NCBI GenBank assembly: GCA_002348225.1
Contig: DEAP01000041.1
Location: 5,047 to 69,046, forward strand
Reading direction: 5' to 3'
DNA length: 64,000 bases
Source of the DNA: Dehalococcoidia bacterium UBA2979
GTDB taxonomy: Bacteria > Chloroflexota > Dehalococcoidia > UBA2979
The position numbers were made by a program, and so were the translations under genes. The notes under the pieces were generated by a model. That model saw only the letters and a program-made list of their open reading frames with translations. It searched no databases and had not been told where the DNA came from. Positions 9,703-18,238 of the stretch are shown here, piece after piece. Each line of letters opens with the position of its first letter. Position 1 is the stretch's first letter.

Positions 9703-11013
9703 TTAGCCGCAAATCCCTCGAACTGTAGCGTGCATGATTTGCATGCCGAGATGTAAGTTTTCGATGGATAGGCGCTCGTCGTGACCATGAACTCTTCCTT
9801 GCTCGCTCGGTCCGGTAAGGAACGGACTGAATCCATATGCGGTAATTCCTTCTCTCCTGAAAACTCTGGAATCGGTGAATCCGGTTGAGACGCCAGGCAG
9901 TATTAGTGCATCTTCCACCAAGTTTTTTGCTTCGCGCATCATAATTTCCCAAAGCTCCGTATTCATAGGTGAGGCTGGGGTTGAAGACTGGAATACCCTT
10001 TCAATCTGAATCCGAGGATCGTCAATGATTTTTGTCAGGCTATCTACAAAGACATCAGGGTCGTAACCCGGTACCAAACGACAGTCAAGAGTGGCTTCAG
10101 CGTCTGACGGAATTACGTTGTGCTTTACTCCTGATCTTAGTGTCGTTAGCGCAATGGAGTTCCGAGTCATAGAGTCAATGCGAGGATTATCAGCAGCTAG
10201 TGCTTTTAGAACGTCGTCGGTGGGTTCGGCTTCAAGAATGCCAGCTTCATGAACAGCTTGAAAATAATTTCTTACTTCTGGCGTGATATCAAATGGTCTG
10301 TCCCAATCCAATATTTTATTGACGGCTCTAACGAGGTGATCTGCAGCATTGTCGCTATGGGGGACTGAGCCGTGTCCAGGAGTGCCTTCCACCGTGAGTT
10401 TCAGCCAGAGCGGCCCTTTTTCCGAGACACCAATGTTGAAAGAATCTCTTTCAACTCCAAGCACTTCGGTGCTACCTCCCCCACCTTCATTGATTACATA
10501 TTCGCACTTGATGAGTTCAGGATGCTCACGAGCAAGAAATTCCACTCCAAAAGCTGACCCAGCCTCTTCATCTGCAACTGCCATAAAGACGAGATCGCGC
10601 TTCAACGGAAGATTATTGCGTTTATGAATTAAGAATGAAACGAGCTCAATGATTCCAGTGCCCTTCATATCCTGAGCTCCTCGGCCCCATATGAAGCCGT
10701 CTCTGATTTCGCCGCCAAGAGGATCAACCGTCCAGTTTTCTATTTCGAAGGGAACGACATCCGTGTGATTGAGAAGTATCAGTGAGTCGCCGCGGCTGCC
10801 ATCTCCTTCAAGAGTGGCCACCAACGTCACCCGGTTGTCACCAGCGTCGTAAAGTTTGAAAGGGATGCCTTCGTTCTCCAGAATATCCCCTAAAAAATCA
10901 CAAGCTATTATTTCATTTCCCGGTGGATTAACTGTGTCTACTTGAATGTACGTTGACAGCCATTCGGTTGCTTGTTCGGTCCACTCATCCCAATCAATAG
11001 TCGGCTCTGCCAT
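9703..11013 (-). CDS. M20 family metallopeptidase (ArgE/DapE/ACY1/CPG2-like).
   Basis: It is 436 aa with the M20 metal-binding motifs LLNHTDVVP and GAQDMKG, and has a dimerisation insert. Confidence 0.8.
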   Translation of the reverse strand: MAEPTIDWDEWTEQATEWLSTYIQVDTVNPPGNEIIACDFLGDILENEGIPFKLYDAGDNRVTLVATLEGDGSRGDSLILLNHTDVVPFEIENWTVDPLGGEIRDGFIWGRGAQDMKGTGIIELVSFLIHKRNNLPLKRDLVFMAVADEEAGSAFGVEFLAREHPELIKCEYVINEGGGGSTEVLGVERDSFNIGVSEKGPLWLKLTVEGTPGHGSVPHSDNAADHLVRAVNKILDWDRPFDITPEVRNYFQAVHEAGILEAEPTDDVLKALAADNPRIDSMTRNSIALTTLRSGVKHNVIPSDAEATLDCRLVPGYDPDVFVDSLTKIIDDPRIQIERVFQSSTPASPMNTELWEIMMREAKNLVEDALILPGVSTGFTDSRVFRREGITAYGFSPFLTGPSEQGRVHGHDERLSIENLHLGMQIMHATVRGICG

Positions 11014-11083
11014 TTTTGCCTCACTCTACCTGTTCTCGCCCTTTTCCTTCAGTTCATTTTAGTCTAGCGGGAAATAAATATTT

Positions 11084-11659
11084 CTAATCACGTTGAAACG
11101 GTGCAATTTCGCCATCGGGAACCGGTATTTCGAACACATTTAGGACGAATGATATAGCTGAGTAGTATCCGATCAATGTGGTGATTTCCATCACGCCTTG
11201 TTCGCCGAGTAGTGCTATCACAGATTCGTACGCATCATCCGAAGCTCGATGTTCATGAATCACCTGTGAACAAAACACATATACCGTCTGTTCGTCTCCC
11301 GTTAAAACAGGCTCATCGCCATTTCTAATACTTTCAACGACATGCGGCTCGACTCCTGCCTCAATAGCCATCCTGGCGTGAGCCCAGAATTCGTATTGCG
11401 CTTCCCAATGCGCTCCAATTGTAATAATCGCAAGTTCCAACAGGTTTCTTGGAACTGAAGTCCCAAACCTGAGACGAGCTCCAAGTTCTTGGAGTGCGAT
11501 ACCAATGTTTGGGGCGTGAAGCATGGCATTAAATGGGCCGCCCAATGAACCTGTATCTGATTTCATATTGGCTCCTCGAGGTCCGGATGTGAGCGCATCA
11601 TATGTCAGTTTCTGTTCAGGGCTTAATTCACCAGGTATCAACAACTTGAGTCGTGGCAT
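11084..11659 (-). CDS. Carboxymuconolactone decarboxylase (CMD/AhpD-like) family protein.
   Basis: It has an AhpD-like all-helical fold signature (MPRLKLLIPGELSPEQKLTYDAL...). The start is set at the internal ATG 11659, preceded by an AAAGGAAAAG RBS, rather than 11680. Confidence 0.7.
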   Translation of the reverse strand: MPRLKLLIPGELSPEQKLTYDALTSGPRGANMKSDTGSLGGPFNAMLHAPNIGIALQELGARLRFGTSVPRNLLELAIITIGAHWEAQYEFWAHARMAIEAGVEPHVVESIRNGDEPVLTGDEQTVYVFCSQVIHEHRASDDAYESVIALLGEQGVMEITTLIGYYSAISFVLNVFEIPVPDGEIAPFQRD

Positions 11660-11769
11660 ATTTCTTTTCCTTTCAACCATATTCGTGCGGCCTACGCGCG
11701 GTTAGGATATCTGGAGACGATCAGTTTGAATAGAGTGGCTGACTAATAAAAGCCGGAGTAGGCAGCTAG

Positions 11770-12639
11770 ATGACAAAGAGACAGTTTCTTGTTTTAGCTG
11801 TCGGCATACTTGCGGTCAGTTGGGCGGGGCCGCTGATCAGACTGGCCGACGAAGCATCATTTCTATTTGTCGCAGCAGCGAGACTTGCTCTGGCTTCACC
11901 TGTGATGCTCCTCTTAGCTCTCTATCGTCGTAACCAACGAATGATTGTCATCCCCTCTAGACATACATTACTGATGATTCTGTCTGGAGTCGCATTGGCT
12001 GCACATTTTGGTTTTTGGGTAGCGAGCATCTCTCATACATCTATCCTGGCCTCAGTTGCTCTTGTTGCTATGAGTCCATTATTTGCGGCTCTCGGGGAAT
12101 GGCTATTTCTTAGCTATAGACCTAGCAAAGTAGTGTTCATAGGTATTCTTATTAGCTCAGTTGGGGCGGTAGGACTGGCTTGGTCTGATTTCGGTACTGG
12201 AGGCATATATGGTGACCTACTCGCGATCATCGGTGCAATACTTGCTTCCGTTTATTTGTTGCTCGGAAGGTATACACGACAGCAGATTGACTTAACTGCG
12301 TACGGGGCGATCGTCTACGCGGTGGGTGCCAGTGTACTTGCCGTGATCCTGCTCATCGTAGGAGTAAATTGGGCAAATTATCAGCTCGAGACCTATGTGT
12401 TTATTTTATTCCTTGCATTAATCCCCCAGTTGATCGGTCACAATGCGATTAATTATTCCTTGGGATTTGCACCTGCAGCGGTGGTCGCTCTTGCCATCCT
12501 CGGCGAGCCAGTTGGTTCTGCTCTAATTGCTGCATTGTTGTTTGAAGAAATTCCGTCAGTAATTGAGGCGTGTTTTGGATGTGTAATATTGCTTGGAGTT
12601 GGCATTGGAGTCAGAGGTGTGGAAATCACCAAAAGTTAA
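11770..12639 (+). CDS. DMT superfamily (EamA-like) transporter.
   Basis: It is 289 aa with about 10 predicted TM helices arranged as two EamA-like repeats. Confidence 0.75.
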   Translation: MTKRQFLVLAVGILAVSWAGPLIRLADEASFLFVAAARLALASPVMLLLALYRRNQRMIVIPSRHTLLMILSGVALAAHFGFWVASISHTSILASVALVAMSPLFAALGEWLFLSYRPSKVVFIGILISSVGAVGLAWSDFGTGGIYGDLLAIIGAILASVYLLLGRYTRQQIDLTAYGAIVYAVGASVLAVILLIVGVNWANYQLETYVFILFLALIPQLIGHNAINYSLGFAPAAVVALAILGEPVGSALIAALLFEEIPSVIEACFGCVILLGVGIGVRGVEITKS

Positions 12640-13874
12640 CCTAATTCTACGTCAGGCCTTTCTTCCCACAAAATCTGTTGCTCGACAAGTTCGTCGAGTT
12701 GTGTGGTATCGAATTCAAGTAATTCCGACAGGACTTCGCGCGTGTGCTCCCCCATATCAGGGGACGTTCCCTTAATTCCACCAGGCGTTCTTGACATTTT
12801 TATCGGAGTATTTGCCAGAGGGGTAGGACCAAATGTTTTATGATCCACGTGGGGCAACATATCTCGGGCTGCTACCTGTGGCATTGCGGAGGCTTCCGCG
12901 ATGTTGTTTAGAGGTCCGCACGGGATTCCGTATTTCTGAAGTGCATCGACCCAATCCGATGTATTTTTTTTAATAAAGGCCTGGTTCAATAGAGCTTCTA
13001 AATCAGCGTGATTCCGTGTGCGGGCTGCAGAGGTCTCGAAGCGTGGGTCGTCAATGAGTTCTGGGACATCAAGTTCGACACACAGAAGCCCCCACTGGTT
13101 TGAAATTCCCCACGCGAGGGCGAGAACGATGTATCCATCTTTGGTAGGGAATCCTTGGAAAGGCACGGCCGTAGGATGTCTCGTCCCAATTCGACCAGGG
13201 ATTTCCTGAGTGATGTGGTATCTCATATATTCGTTTGTCTGAGCCGCTATCTGGCAGTCAAGCATCGATATATCAATCAACTGGCCTTCTCCAGACTTTT
13301 CACGTTCGTGTATTGCCGCTAAAACGCCGACAGAGCAATAGAGGCCAGCTGCTACATCGCCGACAGAAAACCCTACCCGAGCAGGCCCGGAATCAGGGTA
13401 TCCGGTAATGGACATCACTCCTCCAGCTCCCTGAACAATAACGTCCAGCGCGGGTTTGTCCTTAAGAGGGCCAGTCTGGCCGTAACCAGAAATCGCTGCG
13501 TATATAAGCCTGGGATTTATATTTTTGAGATCGTGGTAGCCGAGTCCAAGGCGATCCATAGCGCCAGGGGTGAAGTTCTCTACCACCACATCAACTTCTT
13601 TTATCAGGTCTCGGAAAATTTCTTTTCCTCTATCTTTGCTGAGATCCACTGCAATCGATCTCTTACCTCGATTGACAGAAAAGAAATAACCAGATTCTCC
13701 ATCGATCATAGGTAAGGTAGTACGTGCGACGTCCCCGTACGGAGGTCTTTCTAATTTAATGACATCGGCGCCGAGATCTCCAAGTGTCTGGGTACAGATT
13801 GGTCCAGACAGAACCCAGGTGAGGTCTAGAATACTGATTCCTTTGAGGGGTCCAGACGTTGGCAATGCTGGCAC
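12636..13874 (-). CDS. CaiB/BaiF family (class III) CoA-transferase.
   Basis: The N-terminus LKGISILDLTWVLSGPICTQTLGDLGADVIKLERP is the family-III CoA-transferase signature. It has a GTG start 20 nt downstream of the UGSC gene stop, so it is probably co-transcribed. Confidence 0.85.
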   Translation of the reverse strand: MPALPTSGPLKGISILDLTWVLSGPICTQTLGDLGADVIKLERPPYGDVARTTLPMIDGESGYFFSVNRGKRSIAVDLSKDRGKEIFRDLIKEVDVVVENFTPGAMDRLGLGYHDLKNINPRLIYAAISGYGQTGPLKDKPALDVIVQGAGGVMSITGYPDSGPARVGFSVGDVAAGLYCSVGVLAAIHEREKSGEGQLIDISMLDCQIAAQTNEYMRYHITQEIPGRIGTRHPTAVPFQGFPTKDGYIVLALAWGISNQWGLLCVELDVPELIDDPRFETSAARTRNHADLEALLNQAFIKKNTSDWVDALQKYGIPCGPLNNIAEASAMPQVAARDMLPHVDHKTFGPTPLANTPIKMSRTPGGIKGTSPDMGEHTREVLSELLEFDTTQLDELVEQQILWEERPDVELG

Positions 13875-13894
13875 GCTAAATGCTCACTTTCTTC

Positions 13895-14431
13895 TCAGTC
13901 GACGAGCGCATCAATCAGCTGTTCAATGACTTCGTCGGCCTTGTTATGCATTTCATTATCGGTTTGATCCTGCATTGGATGCCGAATAAACACCCGATGA
14001 ACGTCCGGCATTCCTAGTGATTTTGATTGAGCTGCGGCTGCATCCACAAATTCATTAGTTGCTACAAACACGGCGGGTATGCCGTTGCTTTCAAACCAAA
14101 CCGTATCGTGCACACTGCACGTTGTGCAAGATCCTCAGTCAGCGACTGCCTCAATTACAAAATTACACTCGTTCATGATTTTACGCCGTAAATCATATGG
14201 TGCTGGTTTTGCGAACGTTGGTTTCTTATATCTCTTGACATGAACCGACGGCATTTGTTCATGTATTTGTTGCTCCAATCGATCAAGAAATTTGTCACCG
14301 CGTGGTTTTGATATGTCGAGCAGGCCAATAGTGCCCGTTATGTGCTCGGACCGCTTAGCCTGAGACCTACTAATAGGTTCTCTTTCATCAGTAGGGTCGA
14401 GAATTATTGTCGGGTTAACTTCCAATGTCAT
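13895..14431 (-). CDS. UGSC-motif (seleno)protein; in-frame TGA at 14135..14137 read as Sec.
   Basis: ORFs 14135..14515 and 13895..14113 share a frame. Reading through the TGA gives ...EAVAD-U-GSCTTCSVHDTVWFESNG..., i.e. a U-G-S-C motif like that of the described UGSC (seleno)protein family. The start is set at ATG 14431, which has a strong GGAGGA RBS and lies after the upstream gene's stop. A hairpin 13 nt after the UGA (14107..14121, CGUGCA-GUG-UGCACG, GU in the loop) is bSECIS-like. Confidence 0.6.
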
Positions 14432-14460
14432 GTATTCCTCCGGTGTTTGCAAACTTAAGA

Positions 14461-16050
14461 TTAAAGTTGTATTTTCTTGCTGGTGGGCATCGAACCACCT
14501 GTACCGCTGGCCCATCCATCAAAGACAGACGAAAATTTTCCGGCTTTAGAGCCTGCCACAACGATATGGATATTTTCAGTTGAGCGGAATTTTGGTATGA
14601 GTGAATCAAGCTTGGGATCAGAGGGGCCATCGAATATGTTGGGGTCCAGTCCAGCTCCTATTTCGTCATTCCTAAGGAGTTCCCGGGCAGGTCGACTTGA
14701 GATATCTTGAATCCGATCCCGAATTTCTGATTTCGACCAGTTATTAGTGGAAATTGTCTCGACATGTTCTGGGCAAAGTACCAGGATTGTGTCCCCGTAG
14801 TTGTGTGAGTTGGGGTGATGAATTGCTTCCATTTTTACGCCAATTGATCCAACCAGTGATTTGGCATCTCTCGAAGTTTGGTCGATAGCATGTCCGAGTC
14901 CAGTCATGGCAAACGCAGTGACTACTGACTCATTTTTATCAAATCCCCGTTCAACATGTAGAGGAGCCCACGGGCTGATTTCCTCCCACTCCGCAAAACA
15001 TGTTGTATATCGGAGAGGACTACCCAGTGTCGACCGTTCGGTCTCTCCAGGCCGCTGTCCTCCAACATTTCTCAGGACAAGCCGGAGAGCTCGACCGATT
15101 GCGGCATTTGCCCGATTTCCTTGGCCGAGAGCATTGAGGCCCATGTTCATGCCTATTTCATGTCGGATTGGCCCGTTAACTATGAGAACCGGCGTTGCTC
15201 CCATAGTGGTCGCGCCCACACCGTGGGCATTAAATTCTTCAGTGCAAACTGCTTCTACGGCCGCTATAACCACCGGCAAGTATTCTGGTTTGCAACCTGC
15301 CATTACCGAATTGATCGCTATTTTTTCAACGGTTACTGGTGCAAGATTTGGTGGTACCACCGCAACAGTTTCTTGAGGATCTCGCTTAGTGCCTTCTAGT
15401 ATTCTGATTACTCGTTCCGGCGTAGGTGGGATCACCGGTAATCCATCAGTCAGGCCTTGTTCATATAGGAACTCATGAACGTCGTCATGTACTCCTATCT
15501 CCACTCGTCGGGCCCGTATAGGTGATCCTTCAGATTCAGCTTGTAATCGTTCAAAAATGCCCGGCTCCAAAGACTTGGAACCGCATCCAGGTCGTGATTC
15601 GGGATACGAATTCCAATCTACTTCAGGAGGTGTTTGTTCGCTGATGGCCGACATCTTCACATACAGCTCGCGCCAGTCATCTCGTCCGAAGCCGACAAAG
15701 TCAGTCACTGGAGTCCCATCAGGTGAAGCAAGAATGAGAGTGGGAACGGTTTCAATATCGTATGCGAACGAGGTGGTGAGACTGGAGTCATCTAGCAGTG
15801 GCATCATAAGGCCGTATTCTTCTGCTAATACGAGGTCATCTTCTCCATTTTGGGCTAGTGCCACTACATCAATATCTTTTCCGAACACTTCATAGGCCTT
15901 TTGTAGAAGAGGCATAGCGATTCTGGTTGTCGGACAGTCCTCCTTGACGAAACAAAGAAGTGTCGGGCGGCCTGACGGGAAGGAATAGGCGTTCTGAGTT
16001 CGGGTCGCGCCCGCTGTTGGTAGGGAAAAGTTTGGTAAATTATTCATCAC
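14461..16050 (-). CDS. Hypothetical 529-aa protein: N-terminal thioredoxin/peroxiredoxin-like domain fused to a large uncharacterised domain.
   Basis: The N-terminal approximately 140 aa carry a Trx-like pattern (TLLCFVKEDCPTTR...VPTLILASPDG). The C-terminal approximately 380 aa (GLTDGLPVIPPTPERV..., GATTMGATPVLIVNGPIRHE...) match no family I can name. It sits immediately upstream of the UGSC gene in the same operon. Confidence 0.5.
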   Translation of the reverse strand: MMNNLPNFSLPTAGATRTQNAYSFPSGRPTLLCFVKEDCPTTRIAMPLLQKAYEVFGKDIDVVALAQNGEDDLVLAEEYGLMMPLLDDSSLTTSFAYDIETVPTLILASPDGTPVTDFVGFGRDDWRELYVKMSAISEQTPPEVDWNSYPESRPGCGSKSLEPGIFERLQAESEGSPIRARRVEIGVHDDVHEFLYEQGLTDGLPVIPPTPERVIRILEGTKRDPQETVAVVPPNLAPVTVEKIAINSVMAGCKPEYLPVVIAAVEAVCTEEFNAHGVGATTMGATPVLIVNGPIRHEIGMNMGLNALGQGNRANAAIGRALRLVLRNVGGQRPGETERSTLGSPLRYTTCFAEWEEISPWAPLHVERGFDKNESVVTAFAMTGLGHAIDQTSRDAKSLVGSIGVKMEAIHHPNSHNYGDTILVLCPEHVETISTNNWSKSEIRDRIQDISSRPARELLRNDEIGAGLDPNIFDGPSDPKLDSLIPKFRSTENIHIVVAGSKAGKFSSVFDGWASGTGGSMPTSKKIQL

Positions 16051-16086
16051 GGTAAACCTAGCCTTTGAAACAAAAACATCAATTGT

Positions 16087-16461
16087 CTATTTTGGTATCC
16101 AGTCTGTTGTGAATACCAATGCTAGGGTCAGTATAGACAAAATAAGTATGAAAGATAGTATGCGCCCTCGATGTCGTTTTCGACTCTTGTGCATTAATTT
16201 CTTTGCAGCACGTACTTGACCCGTTTTCAGCGCAAACCATTCACCTCGAATTCTCGTTTCCTTGAAGGCATTATGTAGTTTGCGCTCAATCATGAGTGCA
16301 TCGTCTGTTTGAATAGACTTCACGATTTCTAATTTAGTTGGCGAGCCAGTTTGCAGATTTCTCATCCGATCCTGCATGTTTGAGGTTTGCCCTATTTTGT
16401 AGAGTTGTTCGGAGCCAATTTTTGGCCCACGGATAAGATACACGAAGCCGTCTTTTTTCAT
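16087..16461 (-). CDS. GIY-YIG nuclease-superfamily domain protein with a C-terminal transmembrane anchor.
   Basis: It has GFVYLIRG...LYKIGQT spacing typical of GIY-YIG (T5orf172-like). It also has a basic region and a hydrophobic C-terminal helix (ILSFILILSILTLALVF). Confidence 0.55.
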   Translation of the reverse strand: MKKDGFVYLIRGPKIGSEQLYKIGQTSNMQDRMRNLQTGSPTKLEIVKSIQTDDALMIERKLHNAFKETRIRGEWFALKTGQVRAAKKLMHKSRKRHRGRILSFILILSILTLALVFTTDWIPK

Positions 16462-16553
16462 GTTATGAATATTAGCCTGAACCGCGGCTGTGACTGTTTC
16501 AGTAGCGTGCTAATCTCGTGGAAGCAAAATGCGTTAAGGCTTAGGGGGAGCAT

Positions 16554-17354
16554 ATGCCCATACTCGATGAATTTAACTTGTCCGGTCAGGCAGCCATTAT
16601 CACTGGTGCCGGGACTGGCTTGGGACGAGAAATGGCACTGGCACTGGCTGATTCCGGGTGTGACATAGTTGCGATAGGTCGACGGCAGGAGCCAATCGAA
16701 AGTGTGGGAGCAGAGATAGAGTCTCGAGGCCGGAGGTTTTTGGGTATTTCTGACGGTGATGTCACAAAATCTGAGAGAGTCAACGAAATGTTCAAGGACG
16801 CTATCTCGAAGATGGGACGTATAACACTGCTGATCAATAACGCCGGGCTCGGCGGCAGTGGGCGAGGCAAGACACTGCCCGAACTTACTGATGAAGACTG
16901 GCATAGTGGGATTGAAAGTAATTTATACTCAGCCTTCTATTGTTCGAGGTCAATCATCCCTCATTTTCTTGAGAATGGTGGTGGACGTGTGATCAACGTA
17001 ACCTCCGGTTGGGGCTACCGTGGTGGCAGAAATAACTGGATGTATCCGGTAGCAAAGGGTGGAGTGATTCAATTAACAAAAGCCCTTGCTATGACTTACG
17101 CCAGAGATAACGTGCGGGCGTCGTGTATTGCACCCGGTCTTTTCCCTAAGACAGATGACGAAGCTATGCTCGAGCAAATGGGAAGCAAGCAGCCGGCTGG
17201 TCGAATTGGCTTCATGCCAGAGATGGGACCTCTCGCAGTATTTCTCGCGTCACCGGCGTCGGATTATTTGAGTGGTGAAACCATTTTGATGGATGGTGGT
17301 GCCATATCAGCTGGTCTCATCCCGGCAGGTATTATTCCGGAATCAGAAGCGTAG
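16554..17354 (+). CDS. SDR family oxidoreductase.
   Basis: It has the TGAGTGLGREMA Rossmann motif and the catalytic YxxxK. A GGGGGAG RBS precedes the start. Confidence 0.85.
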   Translation: MPILDEFNLSGQAAIITGAGTGLGREMALALADSGCDIVAIGRRQEPIESVGAEIESRGRRFLGISDGDVTKSERVNEMFKDAISKMGRITLLINNAGLGGSGRGKTLPELTDEDWHSGIESNLYSAFYCSRSIIPHFLENGGGRVINVTSGWGYRGGRNNWMYPVAKGGVIQLTKALAMTYARDNVRASCIAPGLFPKTDDEAMLEQMGSKQPAGRIGFMPEMGPLAVFLASPASDYLSGETILMDGGAISAGLIPAGIIPESEA

Positions 17355-17369
17355 GCGAAGGAGTGAAAT

Positions 17370-18218
17370 ATGACCAACGAAGTCTTTCCAATTACCCCTG
17401 AAGGTGAACAAAATCCATATTTCTCCGGGAGATATTTTGATCTGAGTGGGAAACATGCCCTTGTGACAGGTGCTACTACAGATATTGCGAGAGCTCTCGC
17501 AGTCGCCCTGGCTGAAGCTGGTGCAAAAGTGTCCGTTACTACTAGCGCTGCAGTAGATGAACAAGAAGTGCTTGCTAACTCGATATTAAATGAATGTTGG
17601 GCTGCGTCTGGTGAGGAAGGCAAGAGCCTGACCTTGGACTTGACCGATGCACCTAGTTTCGTGGAGGCAATTGAATCTCTCGAAAAAGAGCTTGGACCTG
17701 TTGATGTTTTGGTGAATGCTCCTCATTTCGCTAATATAAAGCCAGTTCTAGACTCCTCTACGGATGAATGGGCTAATGAACTATCCAGAAATGCCACAGC
17801 GGTGTTTGTGGCGAGTCAGACTGTCGGTCGTGGGATGGTTTCGCGCGGCAAGGGTCGAATAATTAATTTAGTGTCTAATCTTTATGACCGGGGTATCCCT
17901 AACTGTGCATTATTTGGTGCATCGCAAGGTGCAGTACTAGGGTTCACAAAATCACTCGGGCTGGAGTGGGGTGGAGGAGATCCGCTTACCAAAGACAGAG
18001 TCACTGTGAATGCACTAGGGATCGGATTCTATGAAGGGGTCGCAGGACCACAAAACGATCCTAATCTTTCTCCAGTTTTGGAAAAATATATCCCACTAAG
18101 GCGTCTTGGCCGACCGGAAGATCTAAGAGGCGCAGTTGTATACCTTGCCTCGGATGAAGCTGATTATGTAAACGCTGAACTTTTGGTGGTAGATGGCTCG
18201 ATAGTCAATCACGCATAA
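17370..18218 (+). CDS. SDR family oxidoreductase (divergent).
   Basis: It has SDR fold motifs (ALVTGATTDIARALAVALAEAGAKV). It is translationally coupled 15 nt after the preceding SDR. Confidence 0.8.
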   Translation: MTNEVFPITPEGEQNPYFSGRYFDLSGKHALVTGATTDIARALAVALAEAGAKVSVTTSAAVDEQEVLANSILNECWAASGEEGKSLTLDLTDAPSFVEAIESLEKELGPVDVLVNAPHFANIKPVLDSSTDEWANELSRNATAVFVASQTVGRGMVSRGKGRIINLVSNLYDRGIPNCALFGASQGAVLGFTKSLGLEWGGGDPLTKDRVTVNALGIGFYEGVAGPQNDPNLSPVLEKYIPLRRLGRPEDLRGAVVYLASDEADYVNAELLVVDGSIVNHA

Positions 18219-18238
18219 TTGAGTTATGTTCGGTGACA

